From an uncultured Ignavibacteriales bacterium (lineage in GTDB: Bacteria; Zixibacteria; MSB-5A5; GN15; FEB-12), in assembly GCA_964627305.1 (NCBI GenBank), contig CAZVHP010000003.1, forward strand, positions 64,927 through 128,926: a stretch of 64,000 nucleotides of DNA, written 5' to 3'. Positions within the stretch are counted from its first letter, which is position 1; each line of letters begins with the position of its first letter. Below are positions 36,658-46,504 of the stretch, one piece after another. Both the position numbers and the translations under genes were made by a program. Below the pieces are notes generated by a model. It searched no databases and had not been told where the DNA came from. It saw only the letters and a program-made list of their open reading frames with translations.

Positions 36658-38031
36658 TCAGGACTGCAGGTCTTTGTCGATCTTGTATTTTTTGATCTTG
36701 TCGAACAGGGTCGTGTAGTCGATCTGTAGTATCTTGGCTGTCTTGCGCTTGTTGCCGCGTGTTTCGCGCAGCACGCGGATGATGGTGCCGCGCTCGGCCT
36801 GCATCTGGGCATGGGCGCCGATCTCTTTGAGGCCGCTTCCGTCGCGGAGGCGGATTTCATCGGTGCGGCGGAGCCTGATGGCCAGATGATCGGGCGTGAT
36901 TTTCTTGCCCTCGGCCAGGATGACGGCCCGCTCGATCGTGTTTTCCAGCTCGCGCACGTTGCCCGGCCAGTGGTATTTTTCCAGCAGCTTGACGGCCTCG
37001 CGCGAGAGTGACTTGCGCGGCTTGCGCATCTCGCGGCAGTATTTGTCCACGAAATAGTCCGCCAGTTCCGGTACATCCTGGAAGCGCTCGCGAAGCGGCG
37101 GTATGGTCACCGGGAAGACCGAGAGGCGGTAATACAGGTCCTCGCGGAAGTGTTTTGCGGCGATCTGCTGGCTGAGGTCCATATTGGTTGCGGCGATCAC
37201 GCGCACGTCGACATCAACAGTCCGGGTGCCGCCGAGACGCTCGAAGTTTTTCTGTTGGAGGACGCGAAGCAGCTTGGCCTGCAATTGAATGTCCATATCA
37301 CCGATTTCATCGAGGAAGATCGTCCCGGTGTGGGCGATTTCGAACTTGCCCATCTTGCGGGCGTGCGCCCCCGTGAAGGCCCCTTTCTCGGAGCCGAACA
37401 GCTCGTTTTCGAGCAGCTCGTGCGGGATGGCGGCGCAGTTGATGGCGATAAAAGGTTTGTCCTTGCGAAGCGACAGAGAGTGGATCGCCCGCGCGAACAG
37501 CTCTTTGCCCGTGCCGGACTCACCCTGCAGCAGCACCGAGGCATCGGAGCCGGATACTTTTTTCACGAGTTCGCAGATCTCGCGCATCTTTTCGCTTTTG
37601 CCGATGATCTCCGTGAACCCCGATACCTGCATCAGCTCCTGGCGGAGCAGTACGTTCTCGGCCTGCATGCGGCGACTCTCGAGTGCGCGGTTGACCAGCA
37701 CGCAGAGATGCTCGGTGTCGAACGGTTTGGTGATGAAGTCAAATGCCCCCTTCTTCATCGCCGAAACGGCTGTCTCCACTGTCCCGTAGGCTGTCATGAC
37801 GATTACGGAGGTCTCGTCATCGTGTTCTTTGACGCCGCTGAGCACCTCCAGCCCGTCGACATCCGGCATTTTCATGTCTGTCAGGACCAGGTCGTACGAC
37901 TTGTTGCGCACCAGTTCCAGCGCCGCGCGACCATTGGCAGCAGAGTCCACCCGGTACCCCTCCTCGGACAGGGTCTGGGTGAGCATATCACGCATCGAAT
38001 CCTTGTCGTCTACCACCAATATATTGGGCAT
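36658..38031 (-). CDS. sigma-54-dependent response regulator (NtrC family)
   Basis: Receiver (ILVVDDKDSMRD...DLVLTDMKMP). AAA+ domain with GESGTGKE, GAFTGA and ESELFG-like motifs. C-terminal Fis-type HTH. Confidence 0.9.
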   Translation of the reverse strand: MPNILVVDDKDSMRDMLTQTLSEEGYRVDSAANGRAALELVRNKSYDLVLTDMKMPDVDGLEVLSGVKEHDDETSVIVMTAYGTVETAVSAMKKGAFDFITKPFDTEHLCVLVNRALESRRMQAENVLLRQELMQVSGFTEIIGKSEKMREICELVKKVSGSDASVLLQGESGTGKELFARAIHSLSLRKDKPFIAINCAAIPHELLENELFGSEKGAFTGAHARKMGKFEIAHTGTIFLDEIGDMDIQLQAKLLRVLQQKNFERLGGTRTVDVDVRVIAATNMDLSQQIAAKHFREDLYYRLSVFPVTIPPLRERFQDVPELADYFVDKYCREMRKPRKSLSREAVKLLEKYHWPGNVRELENTIERAVILAEGKKITPDHLAIRLRRTDEIRLRDGSGLKEIGAHAQMQAERGTIIRVLRETRGNKRKTAKILQIDYTTLFDKIKKYKIDKDLQS

Positions 38032-38287
38032 GTACTCTCCTTGTCGATCACGTTGTTTCTTACCGGTACCTTCCTGACAGACTGCAGAAACGCGCCCTTG
38101 GCAGCAGCGGCCTCCCTGCGTGTTGGGACTGTCCGCCGGCGCAGGCGCATGGTTTCACTCAGATATATCGGCGTATTCCCCTAAGATTTCAGCCTGTCCT
38201 TTGTGCAAAGATTGCTCAGGGGGAGGGTGCGCTGAGGCTTGATTTGGTATTGGGCGACGGGTTGAGTTTGGGTGATACTGTGGAAGG

Positions 38288-38475
38288 TCGCGGTGTCGAA
38301 ACCGCACGGGTTTCGACCTACCTCAGAGGTGACTGGGTGGATTACGGCAGGGGCAGGCGGGACGCCTGCCGCCCACGGGTTCGAGGGATGTCGAAACCTC
38401 GCTTCGCGACCCCTTCGGGGCAGGGGTTTCGACCTACATTCATCGGGGCAGGGGTTTCGACCTACCTGTTTGGGG
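38288..38475. repeat. composite REP/MITE-like palindromic repeat cluster (locus C)
   Basis: GTGTCGAAACC-gcac-GGGTTTCGACCTAC is a perfect hairpin, alongside the hairpin GGCAGGCGGGACGCCTGCC. Also ATGTCGAAACCTCGCTTCGCGACCCCTTCGGGGCAGGGGTTTCGACCTAC, followed by one more GGGGCAGGGGTTTCGACCTAC unit. Confidence 0.8.
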
Positions 38476-38525
38476 TGAAGGGAACGCAGTACGGCTAAGT
38501 ACTTTGCCAGGTGGATCAAAGACGA

Positions 38526-38547
38526 AGCCCCGCCAGAGGGCGGGGCA
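38526..38547 (-). terminator. GC hairpin downstream of the ferritin-like gene (terminator candidate)
   Basis: GCCCCGCC-agag-GGCGGGGC. The T-tract on the reverse strand is weak. Confidence 0.35.
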
Positions 38548-38550
38548 CGT

Positions 38551-38615
38551 TATAGATTCGAAGTACAGATTCGAAGTATAGATTCGAGGCGTAGATTCGA
38601 GATATGGGTTCGAGC
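38551..38615. repeat. 13-bp tandem repeat, 5 copies
   Basis: tatagattcgaag / tacagattcgaag / tatagattcgagg / cgtagattcgaga / tatgggttcgagc, read head to tail. Confidence 0.8.
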
Positions 38616-38620
38616 AGATA

Positions 38621-39115
38621 TTAGTAGTCCTCGAGGTGGTTCCATTCGGCGTCCTCGAGCCACTGCTGCGGGCGGTCGAGGAAGCGGATGACGTTTTCGA
38701 TGGTGACCCAGTGCTTGTGCTCTTCGTCGGCGATGCGGTTGAGGATGTGTTTCTGGCTGTCGTCGCCCACTTCCTCGGCCTTTTCGCGGTAGAAGTCCTC
38801 GGAGTCCTTCTCGACCTGCTGGGCCTTCTCCCAGACGCCGCGTGTGTCGGGTGAGAAGCTGAATCCGTCGCCTTCGGATTTAAGGCGCTCAAAGACGTTC
38901 TTGACGGAACTGAGGATGGTGGTCTTTTCGGCTTCCTTGTACTCGGTGGTCCGACCTTCCTTCATGGCCTTGAAGATATTGTAGTGTTTCAGCTCGTCAT
39001 CGGCGAGTTGCTGAAGGATACCCTTGAGCTGAGCGCTGTCGGTTTGTTCGGCCATGTCCAAATAGTACTGGCGTCCATCCTGCTCCATTTTCATGGCGTA
39101 TTCGAAGATATTCAT
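38621..39115 (-). CDS. ferritin-like diiron protein (rubrerythrin family, no rubredoxin domain)
   Basis: ATG 39115 with an AGGAGA RBS. Paired E...ExxH motifs (EQDGRQYY / DDELKH and EKDSEDFY / DEEHKH). Confidence 0.8.
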   Translation of the reverse strand: MNIFEYAMKMEQDGRQYYLDMAEQTDSAQLKGILQQLADDELKHYNIFKAMKEGRTTEYKEAEKTTILSSVKNVFERLKSEGDGFSFSPDTRGVWEKAQQVEKDSEDFYREKAEEVGDDSQKHILNRIADEEHKHWVTIENVIRFLDRPQQWLEDAEWNHLEDY

Positions 39116-39250
39116 GCGGTCTCCTGTAGGTAATCTTGTTCTGTTTCGGCCTATGGTACACAACGCCGGGGTTCGTGTCAACGTTCCCGGTGGCAGCTGG
39201 TGGTGATTGTCCAAGCTTGCTAATACCGGGAAGCGGGTTATCTTGGAGCC

Positions 39251-40264
39251 ATGGAAAGTCGGGTATTGAGCGGTGTAACTTTGCTGCTGGTGGTGGTGGT
39301 CCTTGTCCTGGAGACCGGGGCGACCGAGCCGGAGCCGGTGAGGCGGTTGTGGGCGGAGTACTATTTCGACAACCAGCGATACATACCGCAGGCGGATTCG
39401 GCGCTGGTGCGGGCGCGGGCTCAGTTGACCGGGTATTTAGGGGAGATAGAGATACCGCCGGTGAAGGTGTACCTGGTGGACGACCTTGAGCGTTTTGAGC
39501 GCCTGATTGGCGGTCGGTTTCCGGAATGGGGGGCGGCGGCGGCCCTGCCGGCCCGGGGGATGATCGTGATCAAGTCGCCGGACAGGCACCGCCTGGGCAA
39601 GTCGCTGACGGAGCTGGTGGGTCACGAGTACACGCATATCGTGCTGGCCCACAAGGCGGCTTTCGCGCCGATTCCGCGCTGGTTCAACGAGGGGCTGGCG
39701 ATGCTGGTGGGGATGGACTGGAGTTGGGAGAACAACATGGCCATGAGCAAGGCCGGGGCGATGGGGCAGTTCATTTCGCTGACGGAGATCGACCGGGTGA
39801 ACAGTTTCACCGGCCCCCGGGCGCAGCTTGCGTATGGGCAGTCGTACCTTGCCGTGAGGTACCTGAGGGAGAATTATGGTGACAGTTCGCTGGTGCGGTT
39901 TGTGTCGACGCTGGCTGTGGGGGGGAGTGTCGATGATGCCCTGATGGCGGCGACCGGGTCGACCCTGAGCGAGTTCGAGACGGAGTATCATGTGTTTTTG
40001 ACAGAGCATTATAACCTTGTGAGTTTGTTTACGAATACCATGCTGTTCTGGCTGTTTCTGGCCCTGCTGGTGGTGGTCGGGTTCTTTGTGAAGTACCGTC
40101 AACGACGGAAGTACTATGAGAAATGGGAAGAGGACGAGAAGTTGCACTCGACCGATTTCGATTACGGCGATCCCGAGCGTCCTGAGCAGGCCGACCACGA
40201 CGACGATGTCGACTATGACGATGATGTCGAGTATGACGACGATGATGAGCCATGGCGCGGCTGA
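39251..40264 (+). CDS. secreted HExxH metallopeptidase-like protein with C-terminal TM and acidic tail
   Basis: Signal-like N-terminus, a GHEYTH zinc motif and a late TM (MLFWLFLALLVVVGFFV). The tail is rich in D/E. Confidence 0.6.
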   Translation: MESRVLSGVTLLLVVVVLVLETGATEPEPVRRLWAEYYFDNQRYIPQADSALVRARAQLTGYLGEIEIPPVKVYLVDDLERFERLIGGRFPEWGAAAALPARGMIVIKSPDRHRLGKSLTELVGHEYTHIVLAHKAAFAPIPRWFNEGLAMLVGMDWSWENNMAMSKAGAMGQFISLTEIDRVNSFTGPRAQLAYGQSYLAVRYLRENYGDSSLVRFVSTLAVGGSVDDALMAATGSTLSEFETEYHVFLTEHYNLVSLFTNTMLFWLFLALLVVVGFFVKYRQRRKYYEKWEEDEKLHSTDFDYGDPERPEQADHDDDVDYDDDVEYDDDDEPWRG

Positions 40265-41136
40265 CGCACAGGCTTGAGTACGTTCTGGCGCGTGCTGTGC
40301 AGATGGCGGCGCAGCCGCTGAGTATGGCTGCTGCAGACCGGGTTGGAGCGGGCCTGGGGCGGGTGATGTACCATGTGCTGGGGTCGCGGCGACGGATAGC
40401 GGCGGACAATATCAGGTGTACGATTGGCGGGGAGTGGGGGGCTGATGAGGTCGAGGAGCTGGTGCGTCGGGTGTTTGGCAATCTTGGGCGGACCCTGCTG
40501 GAGACAGCACGGCTGGGGAGATATCGTCCGGAGCGGATAGGCGACCTGGTGGCGGGGGCCGGGGGGGAACACTTGCGCCGGGCGCACGAGCGCGGGAAGG
40601 GGGCGGTTTTGGCTGTGGCGCACTATGGCAACTGGGAGTTGGCCGGCAGTTGGGGGTTGTCGCTGGGATACCAGATTGATTACCTGACGGGTATTCAGCA
40701 CAACCCGTTGGTTGATGGTCTTATACAACGTGCTCGCGGCCAGTTGGGGGTGGGTTTGATTCCGTCCCGCGGGGCCCTTCGTGGAGTACTTAAGGCGTTG
40801 AAGGACAACCACTTTGTGGCGTTTGCGTGTGATCAGCACGCGCCTCGGAACGCGATTGTCATTGAGTTTCTGGGGCGGAAGGCGGCGGTGGCGATCGGTC
40901 CGGCGCAGTTTGCGATTCGGGCCGACTGTCCCATATTGCCGTTTGGGTTTCGCCGGGAGCGATACGATCGGCATATCATTACGGCGGGCGAGCCGGTGTA
41001 TCCGCCGCATTCGGGTGATGAGAAGGCGGATATCAGGCAGATGACATTGGCTTATTCGCGGTTCTTCGAGCAGCAGATCCGGGCGTATCCTGACCAGTGG
41101 ATGTGGACGCACCGGCGGTGGAAACTGGGTGAGTGA
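40252..41136 (+). CDS. lysophospholipid / lipid A (LpxL/HtrB-type) acyltransferase
   Basis: HX4E motif HYGNWE and overall LpxL-family pattern. Confidence 0.8.
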   Translation: MARLTHRLEYVLARAVQMAAQPLSMAAADRVGAGLGRVMYHVLGSRRRIAADNIRCTIGGEWGADEVEELVRRVFGNLGRTLLETARLGRYRPERIGDLVAGAGGEHLRRAHERGKGAVLAVAHYGNWELAGSWGLSLGYQIDYLTGIQHNPLVDGLIQRARGQLGVGLIPSRGALRGVLKALKDNHFVAFACDQHAPRNAIVIEFLGRKAAVAIGPAQFAIRADCPILPFGFRRERYDRHIITAGEPVYPPHSGDEKADIRQMTLAYSRFFEQQIRAYPDQWMWTHRRWKLGE

Positions 41137-41234
41137 GGCAACTTTCGGAGGGTTGAATCGTTAGAAAGAGGTGAAATTCGGCCGATGGTGCCGCCGGGCA
41201 CAGGTCGAAGGCGCGGTGGATTCATGCGTTGGTA

Positions 41235-42512
41235 ATGGCTGAAAGGACAGGTTGCGTGAAGAAGTACATTTATGTCGCGGTGGCGGCGGCGCTGGTGTTG
41301 ATTGGTTATCTTGTTGTCAATGCGATATTTACGCCTTCGTATGACATTCCGACAGCCCGGGTTGAGAAGGGGGAGTTTGTCATCGCGCTCAATGAAAACG
41401 GGGAGATCGATGCCAAGAATGCGGTGACGTTGTCGGCGCCGAGGATTCGCGGGCTTCAGATTACGTGGTTGGCGCCGGAGGGATCTATTGTCGAGAAGGG
41501 GGATGCGATCATTCGTTTCGATGCCACGCAGCAGACGGCGGAACTGGCTGAGCATGAGTCCGACCTGAAGATCAAGCGGGCGGCTTTGGAGCGGGCGCGC
41601 AAGGAGTATACGATCCAGGAAAAGCAGTTGAAGCTGGATTTGGAAAAGGCGCGCCGTTCGTATGACGAGAAGAAGCACGAGGCGCCGCGAATTGCCGAGG
41701 AGGCCCGGCTGGAGCTTGAGGTCGCGGAGCTGAATTTCAATGCCAAGCTGGAGCAGCTTAAGGGGGATGTGGAGAAGTTCGAGGTGGAAGTTGCCCGTGC
41801 CGAGGATAAGGTACGGCTGGCGCGCCGGGAGCTGGACCAGATGACGATGTATGCGCCGTTGCCGGGTCTGGTGGTGTACCTGTCGATCTGGAAGGGAGGC
41901 TCGCAGGGGAAGGTGCAGGAGGGTGACTCGCCGTGGCCGGGACAGGGGCTGGTGAATATACCGGACTTGTCGGAGATGATCGTCAACACGACGGTCAGCG
42001 AGGTTGACGCCAACAAGGTGGATACCGGCCAGGAGGTGATCGTGAAGCTGGACGCGCTGCCAGACCGGGAGTATGTCGGCCGGGTGATATCCAAGAGCAC
42101 GCTGGCGCGCAAGAAGGACTATTCCTCGCGGATCAATGTGTTTGATGTCGAGGTGTTGATTACTGACAATGATGAGCAGCTCAAGCCGGGGATGTCGGCC
42201 TCGTGCCGGATCGTGGTGCAGCGGATTCCGGAAGTAGTGTCGGTTCCGCTGGAGGCGGTATTCGAGCGTGACGGGCAGACGGTTGTCTTTATGGAGAACA
42301 AGAAGAAGCGGGAGGTGACGGTGGGGCGCCGCAACGACATGTCGATCGAGATTGTCGAGGGACTTGCCGGCGGTGAGCAGATATGTCTGGTGGACCCGAC
42401 GCTTGACGAGCCGGGGCTTCCGGGGGACAGGGCCACGGAACCGGAGATCAACACCTCCAGTCAGGCCGGCCGTGGTGAGGCGAGGGACCGCGGCGGACGT
42501 CGCGGGCGGTGA
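41235..42512 (+). CDS. efflux transporter periplasmic adaptor (HlyD/MacA family)
   Basis: N-terminal TM, long coiled-coil hairpin, and beta-barrel/lipoyl-like segments (GDAIIRFD, PGMSASCRIVV). Start uncertain (41229, 41235 or 41256). Confidence 0.8.
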   Translation: MAERTGCVKKYIYVAVAAALVLIGYLVVNAIFTPSYDIPTARVEKGEFVIALNENGEIDAKNAVTLSAPRIRGLQITWLAPEGSIVEKGDAIIRFDATQQTAELAEHESDLKIKRAALERARKEYTIQEKQLKLDLEKARRSYDEKKHEAPRIAEEARLELEVAELNFNAKLEQLKGDVEKFEVEVARAEDKVRLARRELDQMTMYAPLPGLVVYLSIWKGGSQGKVQEGDSPWPGQGLVNIPDLSEMIVNTTVSEVDANKVDTGQEVIVKLDALPDREYVGRVISKSTLARKKDYSSRINVFDVEVLITDNDEQLKPGMSASCRIVVQRIPEVVSVPLEAVFERDGQTVVFMENKKKREVTVGRRNDMSIEIVEGLAGGEQICLVDPTLDEPGLPGDRATEPEINTSSQAGRGEARDRGGRRGR

Positions 42513-42522
42513 CCGGTCGAGT

Positions 42523-43830
42523 ATGGAGTATCTCGGTTCGTACCAGGTAGCGCTTGACCAGTTGTGGGCGCATAAGCTTCGCACCCTGCTGACGATGCTG
42601 GGTGTGATTTTTGGGGTGGGGGCGGTGATTTCGATGCTGTCGATCGGGGAGGGAGCCAAGCGCGAGGCGCTGGAGCAGATTTCGATCCTGGGGATTAATA
42701 ATGTCATTGTGAATGTCAAGACACCCGACGAGAGTGGGGCATCCGACATCGGTCTGGCGCGGTCGCCGGGGTTGACGCTGGCCGACGCGGAGAACATTGC
42801 GGTTTTTGATGACATGGTAGAGAATATTGTGCCGCAGCGCTTTGAGGAGGCACGTCGGGTGTATTACGGGTCGCACCAGTCCCCGGCCCGGGTGGTGTCG
42901 ACGACGCCGGACTACGTGTTCAGCTCGTCGATAGAGGTTGAGACCGGGCGGTTCATAACGCCTGCGGACATGCGGGATTTCTCACAAGTGTGCGTGCTGG
43001 GGGCCAAGACGAAACGGGAGTTGTTTGCTTTCGAGGACCCGCTGGGCAAGACGGTGCGGATCGGGGATCTGGACTTCACGGTCGTCGGGGTGATGGCGGA
43101 CAAGTATATCGGCCGGGGGAAAGTGGAGGGGTTTGAACTGAAGAACCTCAACGAGGATGTGTACATTCCGTTTGCGACCGCCAGGAAGAAGATGGATCGG
43201 TACTATCCCGGTTTCGGCTACAGTATGCAGAGCACGGGTTGGTCGACATCGGTCAGCACGCAGACGCAGAACTTCAATATCCCAGAGATAGACCAGTTGA
43301 CGATCACCGTGACGGACCTGAAGCACGTGCAGGCGGTAACGAAGCTGGTGGAGCGGATATTGAGTCGCCGTCATTTCGGGGTTGACGATTACGAGATCGT
43401 GGTACCGGAATCGCTGTTGCGGCAGACGCAGAAGACGCAGCGGATATTCAATATAGTGATGGGGGCGATTGCCGGTATCTCGCTGCTGGTGGGCGGGATC
43501 GGGATCATGAATATCATGCTGGCGACGGTGCTGGAGCGGACGCGCGAGATCGGGGTGCGACGGGCCGTGGGGGCGCGGCAGGGGGATATCATGCGTCAGT
43601 TTTTGATCGAGGCGGTTATCATTTGTCTGATCGGGTGTGCGATTGGCATCGCGGTGGGGTTGGTGCTGGCCAAAGTGATTTCGTACTACGCTGAGTGGCC
43701 GACGATAGTGAGTATTTTCTCGATTGTGCTGGCGGTTGGCGTTTCGACGGCAGTGGGTGTGGGTTTCGGTCTGTATCCGGCGCGGAAGGCGGCCCGTCAG
43801 GATGTGATCGAGGCGCTTCGTTACGAGTAG
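42523..43830 (+). CDS. ABC transporter permease, MacB/FtsX family (no fused ATPase)
   Basis: Internal ATG 42523. N-terminal TM, large periplasmic domain and C-terminal FtsX 3-TM bundle (REIGVRRAVGARQGDIMRQFLIEA). Confidence 0.85.
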   Translation: MEYLGSYQVALDQLWAHKLRTLLTMLGVIFGVGAVISMLSIGEGAKREALEQISILGINNVIVNVKTPDESGASDIGLARSPGLTLADAENIAVFDDMVENIVPQRFEEARRVYYGSHQSPARVVSTTPDYVFSSSIEVETGRFITPADMRDFSQVCVLGAKTKRELFAFEDPLGKTVRIGDLDFTVVGVMADKYIGRGKVEGFELKNLNEDVYIPFATARKKMDRYYPGFGYSMQSTGWSTSVSTQTQNFNIPEIDQLTITVTDLKHVQAVTKLVERILSRRHFGVDDYEIVVPESLLRQTQKTQRIFNIVMGAIAGISLLVGGIGIMNIMLATVLERTREIGVRRAVGARQGDIMRQFLIEAVIICLIGCAIGIAVGLVLAKVISYYAEWPTIVSIFSIVLAVGVSTAVGVGFGLYPARKAARQDVIEALRYE

Positions 43831-43934
43831 CAGGTGTGTCCTGAGTCGATCTTGAGTGAGTTTGTGAGTGAGGTTATGTGTGCAGTCGGGTGTCGGGCAT
43901 TGATTACGAGATGTGAGAGGATAGTGAGAGGATA

Positions 43935-45404
43935 GTGAGCATGGCATGTTTCGCAGGCGGGCGGTTGGCCCTGATGGTAGTAGGATCACTGGTGGCTGTA
44001 GCGGTCTCTCCGGGTTTGGCGCGTGATCTGAGTTTTGCCGAGGCGATGCGCATGGCGGTGGGGCAGACGAGTCGGGGGGCGATCATCGCAGGTGATCTGG
44101 AGGTGGCGGAGAAGCGGTATTTCGCGGAGCGGATTACGTTTTATGTGCCGAAGGTATCGATCAATTCCTCCTTGCCATCGTACAGTTCGGAGCAGTCGTT
44201 TCGATTGTGGGGTCAGCCGACCAAGGAGACAGTGAAGACCTCGGATCTTGATTTCACCTCCAATATCCAGCTCAAGCAGAGCCTGTTCACCGGTGGCGAG
44301 CTGACCGCGCGGGCGAATCTTCTGAGCAACGAGTCGAGTTACCCGTTGTGGGGTAACCCGGGGATGCGAATTGATGAGTCGACGCTGCGGGGCTTTTTCG
44401 ATTTCGAGCTGACACAACCGGTTTTGAAGCCCTCGGAGAATCGTCATGCGCTCAACAACAGCCGGGACAACTACCGCCTGGCGGAGCTTACGCGGGTGGA
44501 GGAACAGTCGGCGTTGAGACGAGAGATTGCGGAGGCGTATTTCGGGGTTCTGCAGACAGACCTGCGGACTGAGATCGCACAGGCGAAGCTTCGTTCGGCC
44601 CGGTTGCAGTCCGAGATAGACTCAGTCAAGCATGTTGATGAAGTGGTGTCTGAGGAGACGTGGTTGATGTCGGCCTCGGCGCGGATCGATGCCGAGCTGG
44701 CGCTGGTGGAGATCGAGAATGAGGCTGCCGAGAAGAACCGGGAGCTGGCCAGTCTGCTGGATCAGGATGTGACCGAGGAGATCGCGCCGCAGGTCCCCTT
44801 CCCGGAGCGTTTTGCCGAGGGTGAGAAGGCGGCGTATCTGCAGGAGTGGAAGGAGTCGATTCCGATCCGTCGCGCGAGCCTTGAATGGGAGAAGGCGCGT
44901 CGCAATGCGGACTATCAGAGCAGTTCGCTTGGGATCAACGGTGACCTCCGGGCGAGTTACTCGATGGGGCGCGGCCGGGTTGAATCCGACGCCAGCGCCG
45001 ATGACGACCAGATCAAGACGTCTTCGTGGGGCATATCGCTGAACGTGACGTTTCCGGTGTTTGACGGGGGTGCTTCGGGGGCGACGGTGCGGGCGGCGGA
45101 GATAGAGGCCGACAAGAAGCGTCTGGAGTATGAGCGGGCGGAGAAGTCGGCGCGGGCGGAGATTGTCAATCTGGTCAGCCGGGTGGAGGTTGGTTATCGC
45201 AAGCTGGAGGTTGTGCGCAAGCAGATCGATCTGTCGCGGGAGCGGCTGGACATATCGGAGTATCGTTTCAACGACGGGCAGATATCGGAGATCGAGTATC
45301 TTGCGGCGCGCGTTGCGTTTCTGGAGGCCCGGGACAAGTATCTGGAGGAGTTGAAGCAGTATCTGCTTGACAGGATTGCTCTTGAGGGCAAGTATTCGGT
45401 CTGA
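43935..45404 (+). CDS. TolC family outer membrane efflux protein
   Basis: Signal peptide and two OEP-type repeats with long helices. Sits downstream of the adaptor and permease genes. Confidence 0.85.
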   Translation: MSMACFAGGRLALMVVGSLVAVAVSPGLARDLSFAEAMRMAVGQTSRGAIIAGDLEVAEKRYFAERITFYVPKVSINSSLPSYSSEQSFRLWGQPTKETVKTSDLDFTSNIQLKQSLFTGGELTARANLLSNESSYPLWGNPGMRIDESTLRGFFDFELTQPVLKPSENRHALNNSRDNYRLAELTRVEEQSALRREIAEAYFGVLQTDLRTEIAQAKLRSARLQSEIDSVKHVDEVVSEETWLMSASARIDAELALVEIENEAAEKNRELASLLDQDVTEEIAPQVPFPERFAEGEKAAYLQEWKESIPIRRASLEWEKARRNADYQSSSLGINGDLRASYSMGRGRVESDASADDDQIKTSSWGISLNVTFPVFDGGASGATVRAAEIEADKKRLEYERAEKSARAEIVNLVSRVEVGYRKLEVVRKQIDLSRERLDISEYRFNDGQISEIEYLAARVAFLEARDKYLEELKQYLLDRIALEGKYSV

Positions 45405-46447
45405 TGGCCAGAAAGATACTCATCCGTACGCCCAATCATCTGGGCGACTGCATCATGGCGCTGCCCATGATCAGCGAGGCGCGCGAGGCGCACCCCGGGG
45501 GTGTGGTGACAGTGCTCGTGCCGGAGAACCTTGCGGATCTGTTTCGAGGCAATCCTGCTATCGACGAGCTGCTGGTTATCCCGGCGCGGTACGTTCACGG
45601 TCTGGCGGGGGTACTGAAGATAAGGGACATCGTAGCTTCGGGCGACTATGATGTCGGCTATGTTCTGCCGCCATCGTTCGGGGCAGCCTCTGCGTTCAAG
45701 CTGGCCGGGGTGAAGCTTCGGATCGGTTACATTGCGGATGGGCGAAGGCTGCTGCTGAATAAACCCTTGCCACTGCCCACGCCGCTGAATTCGGCGCATC
45801 GCAGCGAGACCTATTTCAACCTTCTGCGCCGGGGGGCCGGGGTTGATCTGACTTACACGCCGCCCAAGCTGTTTCTCAATGATCAGGATATTGTGCAGGC
45901 GATCGAGTTGCTGGGGCGGTTCGGTGTGGCCGAGGAGGAGCCATACGCAGTGTTTGCACACCGGGCGGTGGCCGAATCGCGCCGCTGGGGTGTCGCGAAC
46001 TACACCGAGCTGGCCAAGCGGACGGTTTCCGAGCGCGGGTTGAAGGTGGTGCTGATCGGGGGGCCGGAAGATGAGGTCGAGGGTGAGCGGATTGGTGCCT
46101 CGGGCGGAGCGAGCCAGGTTGTGAACCTGGCCGGGAAAACGAGTTTGCGGGAGGTGGCGGCGGTGCTTTCGCGGGCGCGGTTTTTCGTGGGGAATGATTC
46201 CGGTCCGGCGCACCTGGCGGCTGCGGTCGGGGCGCCGGTGGTGGTATTGTCGGGGGCAGATGATCCGAAAGAGACCTCGCCGGTGACGCCGCGCAAGGCG
46301 CTGGTGTACCTGAGCGATCTGGAATGTATCAGCTGTGTGAAGAACACCTGTCCGCTCAAGGGGGAGTTGCATATGCAGTGTATGCGCCTTATTACTGTCA
46401 ATCAGGTTGAGGCGGCGATGGCGCGTTTGTTGGCTCTGGATCATTAG
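45404..46447 (+). CDS. glycosyltransferase family 9 (LPS heptosyltransferase type)
   Basis: N-terminus ILIRTPNHLGDCIMALPMI plus GNDSGPAHLAAAVG. Confidence 0.85.
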   Translation: MARKILIRTPNHLGDCIMALPMISEAREAHPGGVVTVLVPENLADLFRGNPAIDELLVIPARYVHGLAGVLKIRDIVASGDYDVGYVLPPSFGAASAFKLAGVKLRIGYIADGRRLLLNKPLPLPTPLNSAHRSETYFNLLRRGAGVDLTYTPPKLFLNDQDIVQAIELLGRFGVAEEEPYAVFAHRAVAESRRWGVANYTELAKRTVSERGLKVVLIGGPEDEVEGERIGASGGASQVVNLAGKTSLREVAAVLSRARFFVGNDSGPAHLAAAVGAPVVVLSGADDPKETSPVTPRKALVYLSDLECISCVKNTCPLKGELHMQCMRLITVNQVEAAMARLLALDH

Positions 46448-46504
46448 CGCATCGGTAATTTCGGCATCAAGCGACGGGGGGAGTGGTTTCGTATCACATT
46501 TACC

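Noticed and set aside
43914-43940. 11-bp tandem TGAGAGGATAG x2.4 at the TolC gene start.
   Set aside because: It is too short, and it overlaps the RBS and start region, so it is probably a trivial duplication.
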